Shown here: piece after piece, positions 57,216 to 64,000 of the stretch
Layout: each line of letters opens with the position of its first letter
Numbering within the stretch: the stretch's first letter is position 1
DNA from: a virus
IMG/VR virus record: IMGVR_UViG_3300023179_000054
Location: 28,408-92,407 of that record
Reading direction: 5' to 3' (one strand)
DNA length: 64,000 bases
The notes under the pieces: model-generated
What the model was told of the DNA's origin: nothing
What the model saw: the letters and a program-made list of their open reading frames with translations, nothing else
Databases searched by the model: none
Made by a program: the position numbers and the translations under genes

Positions 57216-57875
57216 CTATGACCACGAAATGTTTACGTAACCGTTTTGACCGGCAGTAGCATTTTGAGGTGCGGCTGCTCCGCCAGCACCAACAACTACA
57301 GTAATATAAGTATTCCACACAGGATAACCAGATGTTGATAGAAAAGTCCATGACTTTAGTGTTTTTCCACCGGCGCCGCCTGGATATCCATTACCTGAAC
57401 CTTGTTGAGGCCAACCACCGTTTCCACCAGCACCGCCTCCACCTACTGTTACCGTCCCACCTGAACCGCCGCCGTTTGTGCCTGTATGACCGCTACAGTT
57501 GCCGCCGCCATATCCACCACCATCAGCAATAACAGAACCGAATTGACTATAACCTCCATTACCACCATCATAACCGCAGTTTCCATATCCGTAAATGTTG
57601 TGATTATCACCACCACCGCCACCACCTCCGGCAGCAACTACTTCTACTGAAAAAGATTGATAGGCAGGAACTAAAAATGAATATGTGCCTGGTGTAGTTA
57701 ATGATATAGAACCTGGTAGAGGTTTACCATAGGCATCGGAAATTTTAACAGCACCTTTTAAATCACCTAACAAATAACGAGTATCGGCATCACCGAGTCC
57801 AATTAGTGTATTAGAACCTTTAGTTATTTGTGCTATATCACCAAGTGATATTATTCCAGAATTAGCTAATGGCAT
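57216..57875 (-). CDS. glycine-rich tail-fibre tip / adhesin-like protein
   Basis: MPL..SG.IS..D N-terminus, polyglycine runs, VVG.GG and G.NGYV.ISW C-terminus. Confidence 0.7.
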   Translation of the reverse strand: MPLANSGIISLGDIAQITKGSNTLIGLGDADTRYLLGDLKGAVKISDAYGKPLPGSISLTTPGTYSFLVPAYQSFSVEVVAAGGGGGGGDNHNIYGYGNCGYDGGNGGYSQFGSVIADGGGYGGGNCSGHTGTNGGGSGGTVTVGGGGAGGNGGWPQQGSGNGYPGGAGGKTLKSWTFLSTSGYPVWNTYITVVVGAGGAAAPQNATAGQNGYVNISWS

Positions 57876-59247
57876 TTTTTAATCTATCAACTTCATCTGA
57901 CAAATGCTTTATTGTCTCAATTAAGAGTGGAATAACTTTTTCATAGTTTACGGCCAAACTGCCATCTTTTCTTACAACTACTGCTTCTGGTAGAACCTCT
58001 TTAATTTCTTGTGCTATCAAACCAACGTCGTGTTTACGGATAAAATATCCATCTTCACCACCTTGAGATTGTATCCATTCATCTGACCAATCAAAGAAAA
58101 CACCATTAAGAGATTTTAATTTTTGTAAAGCATCAGGAATATTCACCACATTTTCTTTAAATTTTATATCTGATGAATAATATGCGTATATGTTATAATT
58201 AGAATAAATGTTTCCATCTACATACAATCCACTTGGAGATGTGACTGAAACAAAACCACTTATTGATTTGATGTCAATATAACTACCGTTTGCGGTTATG
58301 CGGCCATTTTCATTAATTCCAGAATCATCATAGAAAAATAAACTTCCAGAATTTGTAGTAGTATTGATATGAACAGGTTTGTTTAAACTAACAAGGCTAT
58401 TGCCAAAAGTGTAATTTCCGGAATTGAGGAATGTAGTACCATATACGTAAACATTACCTTCAGCAGTAAATAGACCTGTCGCAGTACCATTATTAATAGG
58501 AAGTTTTGTATTTGCTAAAGCAAAAGCGGAATTAACGGCTGCGTATGCCGAATTTGTTTTGTAGTAAACTGAATTGGTAATACCAAAAGAAGCATTTGTG
58601 ACGTTGTATGCCGAATTGGCAACTCTGTAAGAAGATGCTGTATTTACAGAAACGCCGTTGGCAAAATCAAAAGCAGCTGCCGCATTTACTATCGCACTTG
58701 TAGAATAGACATAATCAACATTTGCCAAATCATATGCCTGGCCCGCAAGTTGGAATGCCAAGTTTGCTTGTTCGAAAGCAGCGGTACCATTCGCAATTAT
58801 AGCCAAAGCAGTAGGATTAAGTGTATTTGCTAAGTTAAATGCCGCATTAGCAACTGTATATCCAGAATTGGTCAGAGTATAGACAGCATTTGTTCTAACG
58901 ACCGTGGAATTTGCCATAGCAAATGCTGCGGCTGAATTTACTACCGCACCATAGTATAAACTATTGACGGTATTTGCCATCGTGAAAGCGGCATTCATAG
59001 CAGTATATTGAGCATTAGAAAAATCGTATGCTTGATTAGCGGTATCAAATGCCATAGAACTTAACGCAAGTAGTTCACCGTCGGCGGTGTCAACAGTAAT
59101 AACAAGGCTTGCTATATTTGCTTCATTATTGGAAACACCACTAAAAAGTTCTGCGATGTCTTCATTAATCTTAATAAACGCCGATCTAAGAGTATCGCCT
59201 GTGCCGTCGTTTGCTACTGTACCTGTGTTTACTGTGTTCTGTGTCAT
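57862..59247 (-). CDS. tail fibre: gp9/gp10-like N-terminus, Ala/Asn repeat shaft, C-terminal S74 intramolecular chaperone
   Basis: GT.ANDGTGDTLR.AF.KIN, repeated AF..AN/AY..AN, SSDIKFKEN and G.IAQE....PEAV. Confidence 0.85.
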   Translation of the reverse strand: MTQNTVNTGTVANDGTGDTLRSAFIKINEDIAELFSGVSNNEANIASLVITVDTADGELLALSSMAFDTANQAYDFSNAQYTAMNAAFTMANTVNSLYYGAVVNSAAAFAMANSTVVRTNAVYTLTNSGYTVANAAFNLANTLNPTALAIIANGTAAFEQANLAFQLAGQAYDLANVDYVYSTSAIVNAAAAFDFANGVSVNTASSYRVANSAYNVTNASFGITNSVYYKTNSAYAAVNSAFALANTKLPINNGTATGLFTAEGNVYVYGTTFLNSGNYTFGNSLVSLNKPVHINTTTNSGSLFFYDDSGINENGRITANGSYIDIKSISGFVSVTSPSGLYVDGNIYSNYNIYAYYSSDIKFKENVVNIPDALQKLKSLNGVFFDWSDEWIQSQGGEDGYFIRKHDVGLIAQEIKEVLPEAVVVRKDGSLAVNYEKVIPLLIETIKHLSDEVDRLKNAIS

Positions 59248-59251
59248 CGTC

Positions 59252-60256
59252 CTACTCTGTTTCTGGCCATTCCGTTATATTTATATCATAGCCATAATCA
59301 TCTGTCGGTTCTGCCGTTATTGGGTCTGGTGTAATCTGAATTGATGCTAACTTTAATGGTGATACATTAAATGAATGTATCTGACAAGTACCATTGGTTG
59401 ATACTGCGTGAACGTAGTTATTAACTTTAAATTGACCTTGAACTGCACCTAATGTTAATCTATCCAAATCAGAATTATAATCGATAATAACACCATATGC
59501 GGTTGCTGTCTTATAACTATCACCTTGATAAACCATGTCGTTTGACTTGAACACACCATTAGCATTTGCCGTATTTATCTTGGTGATGTATGCGGAACTT
59601 AAATGAAGGTCGTTATATACATTTGCGTAAACGGTACGAATAATCTTTGGATAAGAAATCGGGCCATAGTAATACATCTTCATGGTAAAGTTTAGAGTCC
59701 AATTAACATATCTTACCGTATCAAAATCACCCTCATACTGGATATCATTTGACACGTTATTAAGAATGACTGGAACATCTTTAATGAATCCAAGGTCAGG
59801 AATCATATTCGTTGCTACCGTGAAATCTGGATTAAAGAATGGTAAAATCTGTTCCACAATCTGCGTACCGTCATCGATATTTCGAGCATAGATGTTTAAT
59901 GAAAAAGTTATATCGTAAGGAACACCCATATAGCAAGATGAAACATGAGTTGTAGTGTTTGCCTTAGCAGCCTTTAATAATGAGTTTTGTTTTCTTGTAG
60001 CATCATAAGAAACGCCTGTAATCTCAAAACTCATTCTTGGTAAAACTGTCTGTAATTGACGTAGTAAATCCGGGTCGGAGAAAATACGAGTAATCATTTT
60101 CTCTTTTGGAGCATAGATGATAGGCACCAGAAAACGGTTAGTTTCTTTACCAGTCTGGTCGTTCTTTCTAACAATTTTTATATCATCAAAAAGACGTCCA
60201 AAAAGGACAACTGCTTTACGGGTTAGTTGATGATAAAAATGTGAATTACCTAACAT
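59252..60256 (-). CDS. gp15: tail sheath stabilizer / completion protein
   Basis: FYH...RK.V..FG.LF, VP..Y.PKEK, LPRMSFE and QI.EQILPFF.P. Confidence 0.95.
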   Translation of the reverse strand: MLGNSHFYHQLTRKAVVLFGRLFDDIKIVRKNDQTGKETNRFLVPIIYAPKEKMITRIFSDPDLLRQLQTVLPRMSFEITGVSYDATRKQNSLLKAAKANTTTHVSSCYMGVPYDITFSLNIYARNIDDGTQIVEQILPFFNPDFTVATNMIPDLGFIKDVPVILNNVSNDIQYEGDFDTVRYVNWTLNFTMKMYYYGPISYPKIIRTVYANVYNDLHLSSAYITKINTANANGVFKSNDMVYQGDSYKTATAYGVIIDYNSDLDRLTLGAVQGQFKVNNYVHAVSTNGTCQIHSFNVSPLKLASIQITPDPITAEPTDDYGYDINITEWPETE

Positions 60257-61149
60257 TATGGTGTTCCAAAAGGATTTGTTTCAGTCAAATCCAAATATGG
60301 ATCGGCTGCGACTTTTAATGGTTCATTATCAATTAAATCATAACTTGAGAAATTGGTTCTATCGTCAAATGAGACTAAGGTACGCATCGTTGTAGAGGTA
60401 TTACCAATGACGTTGGCACTTGCTACAAATTGACCGACGATGTTATTAATTAGTATTGTATTGCTACTGGACGTCCAGGACTCAACGGTACCATAAGCAT
60501 AAGCACCATTCCACCTATTATTGCTAGATTGAAATACAATTTCACCAATAGAGTAATTTGTCGCGGATGATCTTGCGGTACCAACAATAAGTTGGACATT
60601 ATAACCGTTATCAGTTCCAACCGCATCGACCTCTTCAACACCTGTATTGATAGGTTCTTGAGATGAACGGAAGGCCTCACATCTCATTTCATATACGTAT
60701 GGTAATCTTTTACCGATGGAATGGAACATAAGTTCCTGTTCGATAAACTTAATCTCAAACATCTTGTGAAGGACAGGAATATACACAAGGTCGCCTTCTT
60801 GAGGTCTTTGTCGTATGGAACCTGGTAGCAACTGTCTAAAAGACCTACGTGAAAGGACGAAGTTGGACGTGTCCCTGATCTCTAATCCGAACTTGGAGAA
60901 GAAATCACCTTGCCCCTCGAAACCTTCTACATTTGAGAGATAGGCCTCAATAAGGTATGCTTTGTTAAAGGCACTTTTGGAATACTCACCGTAAATCATA
61001 TCACCTTCGTCAAAAGATTCCCTAGGAATATAATAGATGTTATGACCCATAATTTGGATGCTCTCAACAATAAGGTCTTCCATTAACAAATGTTCGTTGT
61101 TAATTCTTTCTTGCGATGGAAAATTGTTAAAGTATCCGTTGACTGCCAT
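60256..61149 (-). CDS. gp14: neck protein
   Basis: EDL..ESI...G...YYIPR, SKFGLEIRD, RP.EGDL.Y and E.NPFG. Confidence 0.95.
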   Translation of the reverse strand: MAVNGYFNNFPSQERINNEHLLMEDLIVESIQIMGHNIYYIPRESFDEGDMIYGEYSKSAFNKAYLIEAYLSNVEGFEGQGDFFSKFGLEIRDTSNFVLSRRSFRQLLPGSIRQRPQEGDLVYIPVLHKMFEIKFIEQELMFHSIGKRLPYVYEMRCEAFRSSQEPINTGVEEVDAVGTDNGYNVQLIVGTARSSATNYSIGEIVFQSSNNRWNGAYAYGTVESWTSSSNTILINNIVGQFVASANVIGNTSTTMRTLVSFDDRTNFSSYDLIDNEPLKVAADPYLDLTETNPFGTP

Positions 61150-61150
61150 T

Positions 61151-61900
61151 TTATCCTACAAGGAATCCAGGAGGTGCTTGGTATGTATTCTTAATCTCGT
61201 CCATGACTTCTTTAATTTCACCAACTGCTTCATCAAAGAGTTGCTGACCGTTCATGGTGATGCCGCCTGGTAGTTGCATACCACCATACTTTTTAAGGTT
61301 GGCACCCCATTGCTTCTTAATAAGAGCAGTTCCAAGGGCCTTCAGCATACGGTCATTCCAGAATAGTGTGAACTGGCTTGGATCGGTTACGATGGTACCT
61401 TCTGTAATAATCCACTCACCCTCTTGAATATCGGTATTCCAATCCCAATCGATATATAAACGTTTGTTAATCTTATTAAATCTTACTGGTGTTTCACCAG
61501 AGAATAACATGTCAAGGGTTCTTAGATGCTGCATGGTTAGAGCATAATTGACATAAGAGGTCGATGAAAGATCCCAAAGGTCGTTAAGACGCAATTGGTA
61601 GCGAAGGTCAAAAAAGGTCATGGCCTGATTGTTGCCACCTACAGGAAAAATGCGAGTGGCACCATTTACACCATCACCTAACTGGACGTATCCGTTGGCG
61701 ATGTCTGTGGAGGTTATTTGATGTTTTAGGTAAGTTCTTTCGGTGCCGTCATAATGGAATTCTTGGAAAAACTGGACGGCTATGGTGATGCAATCTTCGG
61801 CCTGCACATCATCTACGTTAACCTTGATGACGGGTTCACCAAGTTGACGAAAACATAATGATTTGAATTCTTCTCTGGTCTCGGGTGCTGATTGTGCCAT
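61151..61900 (-). CDS. gp13: neck protein
   Basis: LG.PVI.VNV...Q, FH.DG, FD.RYQ.RLND and QWG.NL.K...QLPGG. Confidence 0.96.
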   Translation of the reverse strand: MAQSAPETREEFKSLCFRQLGEPVIKVNVDDVQAEDCITIAVQFFQEFHYDGTERTYLKHQITSTDIANGYVQLGDGVNGATRIFPVGGNNQAMTFFDLRYQLRLNDLWDLSSTSYVNYALTMQHLRTLDMLFSGETPVRFNKINKRLYIDWDWNTDIQEGEWIITEGTIVTDPSQFTLFWNDRMLKALGTALIKKQWGANLKKYGGMQLPGGITMNGQQLFDEAVGEIKEVMDEIKNTYQAPPGFLVG

Positions 61901-61940
61901 TTCATTCCCTTTTGGTAGTATTTCATACTATTTAGGAACT

Positions 61941-62546
61941 TTATCGGAACTTAGGCCCTTCCACCCATATCACAATAGACTTACGAATACCTGTGAGAAC
62001 TGGTTTGACCCTATGTATAATAAAAGAAGGAAAGGCAATAATTTTACCTTTATGTATATCAATTGTTTGTGGATTACTTCCTATATCAATTTGGAATTCT
62101 CCGCCTGTAAAATCTTTTCTCGGTTCGGATAAAAGCATTACTAAAGATAACTTTCTGGTCGATCTTTCCGGACCCTCAGTTATGGTATTTAAAATACTGT
62201 CCATATGCCAGTCATATTTTCCTTCATTTTCAGAATTATAAACTGTATATTGAAAACTATCATAACCGTATAAGTCAAAATTATAATAATCATTATTTAA
62301 GGATTCTATCACATAATTAAATTTATCAAATATCCATGAATTCGATTTATTTTTATAATAAAAATTTAATTTTGATTTTCTAATATATTCACAATTTTCA
62401 CCATCACCAACAGTTGTAGATGGTTTTAATTCATCTTGGGAACAATAATCTTCAAGTTCCATTAATTCTTTTTCTGTAAAAGCACCATCCCACCAGACAC
62501 TACTATAAATTATTCTTCTTTTTTCAAAAGGATCATTTGAAAGCAT
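61941..62546 (-). CDS. prolyl-4-hydroxylase-like 2OG-Fe(II) oxygenase
   Basis: QYT.Y, Y.WHMD, RKLS, F.GGE and FPSF..H.V.PV..G.RKS.V.W..GP. Confidence 0.88.
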   Translation of the reverse strand: MLSNDPFEKRRIIYSSVWWDGAFTEKELMELEDYCSQDELKPSTTVGDGENCEYIRKSKLNFYYKNKSNSWIFDKFNYVIESLNNDYYNFDLYGYDSFQYTVYNSENEGKYDWHMDSILNTITEGPERSTRKLSLVMLLSEPRKDFTGGEFQIDIGSNPQTIDIHKGKIIAFPSFIIHRVKPVLTGIRKSIVIWVEGPKFR

Positions 62547-62569
62547 AATATAAAACCTTTAATATTCAA

Positions 62570-62938
62570 TTAATACATATTTGATACTGTATTTGATATT
62601 TCAAAACTATTTGTAATATTTACTAAATTATATACGTTAGACATATTATATTGTGTATTTGATAATTGAAGTTGTTCTTTTACATATAATAATTTTACCG
62701 GAGCAGATGATTTTATAATAGTAATTACATCATTAGTAGAAGGATTGCTGTTATTGTAAAAATTTAAATTATAATCGGTTCTACATCTTTCGGGATATCC
62801 ATTTGGTGTCATAACAATATCACCACTGAAAGTAAAGTGTGTCGCAAGACTTTCTTCGGTTATAATATCTGTCCAATATCTAACGACAAATGTATGTTCC
62901 GATTCATCAACAGAAAGAATTCTATAATTAATTTTCAT
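62570..62938 (-). CDS. hypothetical protein following the Gly-rich fibre gene
   Basis: likely start MKIN at 62938; AT-rich. Confidence 0.65.
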   Translation of the reverse strand: MKINYRILSVDESEHTFVVRYWTDIITEESLATHFTFSGDIVMTPNGYPERCRTDYNLNFYNNSNPSTNDVITIIKSSAPVKLLYVKEQLQLSNTQYNMSNVYNLVNITNSFEISNTVSNMY

Positions 62939-62951
62939 ATTATATTTACCT

Positions 62952-64000
62952 TTAGATTTTAGGCCCGTTAATTGTGCCTGCATTTATATATGTGATATTT
63001 CCTGTACCACTAACACCAGAACCTTGTGGTCCTGCCGCACCTGTAGCACCAGTTGTTCCTGCTGAACCTGCTGCACCAGGAGCACCTGTAGCACCTTTGG
63101 TTCCTGTTCCTCCAGCTGGTCCTGAAGTGCCAGTAGCACCTTTGGTTCCTGCTGGACCGGTTGAACCTGTTGCTCCGGCGCCGCCGCCGCCGTGGCCTGA
63201 TTCACCAGGCTGGCCAGAAATACCTACGTTTCCTCCATGTCCCCCGTGACCGCCGTGAACATCACATCCTGGGTAATGTCCGTGAATATGACAACCGGTA
63301 TAACCTGGTTCCTGACAATATTCATGTCCTGCATGACCGCCCCAGTCGCCGCCTCCGCCGCCGCCGCCGTAAATACCATGTCCTGGTTGTGCGCCAGATC
63401 CTGCAGGAGATCCTCCACCGCCACCGCCGTGTCCGCCGTGAACATGCGATCCACAAGCTTGAGCAAAGTATCCTTGGCCTCCGGCGCCGCCGCCGCCTGT
63501 TCCGCCTGGGCCACCTGGACCTGCTGTTCCGCCAGGTCCACCAGGTCCTGCTGGGCCTGCGGCGCCGGCCGGCCCGCCTGATCCACCTGGTCCTGCTGGG
63601 CCTGCTGCGCCACCAGGGCCGCCTGTACCTCCAGGTCCGCTGGCGCCGCCTGTTATTGTTGTAGTATTGTTTAATAAAATTTTAATACCTGAAACTGCGT
63701 CTGCTTGGAAAGAAATACCGCCCGTTTGTCCTGTTCCACCTGTGCCACCTGGTTGTCCGCTACTTCCTGCACCACCAGTACCGCCTGTGCCACCTGGTTG
63801 CGATGTACCGCCTGTGCCACCAGGACCGCCTGTTCCTCCTGTGCCACCAGGGCCGCCTTTGCCGCCTGTGCCACCTGAACCGCCGTTAGCATTACCTCCT
63901 GCCCCATATACTCCTGTAGTTCCAGTAGCACCTGTGGTTCCTGTGGTTCCTGTAGTTCCGATTGTTCCCGCAGCACCAGTTGTTCCAGTAGTGCCTGTAG
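62952..64000 (-). CDS. collagen-like / polyglycine fibre-adhesin protein (5'-truncated by the window edge; absent from the ORF track)
   Basis: manual reading gives an open frame of about 349 codons to TAA at 62952: G-T-T and G-x-y collagen repeats, G-G-x runs, a His/Cys-rich loop, ending NAGTINGPKI. Confidence 0.85.
   Translation of the reverse strand, partial: TGTTGTTGAAGTIGTTGTTGTTGATGTTGVYGAGGNANGGSGGTGGKGGPGGTGGTGGPGGTGGTSQPGGTGGTGGAGSSGQPGGTGGTGQTGGISFQADAVSGIKILLNNTTTITGGASGPGGTGGPGGAAGPAGPGGSGGPAGAAGPAGPGGPGGTAGPGGPGGTGGGGAGGQGYFAQACGSHVHGGHGGGGGGSPAGSGAQPGHGIYGGGGGGGDWGGHAGHEYCQEPGYTGCHIHGHYPGCDVHGGHGGHGGNVGISGQPGESGHGGGGAGATGSTGPAGTKGATGTSGPAGGTGTKGATGAPGAAGSAGTTGATGAAGPQGSGVSGTGNITYINAGTINGPKI

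Noticed and set aside
886-63664. Numerous plus-strand ORFs in the six-frame track (e.g. 10656-11114, 27745-28254, 43536-44045, 63161-63664)
   Set aside because: All are antisense shadows of well-supported minus-strand genes, with no RBS or recognisable motifs.
62984-63976. Gln-rich minus-strand ORFs 62984-63205, 63224-63613 and 63671-63976
   Set aside because: Off-frame readings of the Gly-repeat gene; the continuous Gly frame explains the region.
57216-64000. Diversity-generating retroelement acting on the fibre tips
   Set aside because: No reverse transcriptase or template/variable repeat pair seen in this window.

Overview
A 64-kb segment of a T4-like (Tevenvirinae/Kyanoviridae-grade) myovirus genome. 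Essentially every real gene is on the minus strand. Reading right to left: a collagen/glycine-rich fibre protein, neck and tail-completion genes (gp13, 14, 15), a tail-fibre module ending in a cytochrome P450, terminase (gp16/17), sheath/tube (gp18/19), portal (gp20), expanded prohead-core/internal proteins, gp21/22/23, gp3, uvsY/uvsW, late sigma gp55, gp47/46, a DUF4338 (DruA-like) protein, a VWA + CobS-like AAA pair, a GIY-YIG-type homing endonuclease, dNMP kinase, gp45/DsbA/gp44, a putative restriction-modification pair, gp62/RegA, dUTPase, a PAAR-like protein, Hsp20 with a ROSE-like leader, a ~9-kb nucleotide-sugar/glycosyltransferase cluster, a plcP-agt-like lipid-remodelling pair, and an array of mosaic small early ORFs. 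Two promoter classes are visible: sigma70-type TTGACA-17-TATAAT and T4-type late (C/A)TAAATA. Most notable: (1) a phage-borne PlcP phospholipase C + Agt glycolipid synthase pair behind its own late promoter; (2) a phage P450, plus a twice-seen layout of Gly-rich adhesin, small protein, oxygenase, suggesting oxidative tailoring of receptor-binding proteins; (3) the large glycan cluster. A proteobacterial, probably alphaproteobacterial, host is an inference only. All family assignments come from motif recognition, not database searches. No tRNA, rRNA, CRISPR array or integrase was seen.
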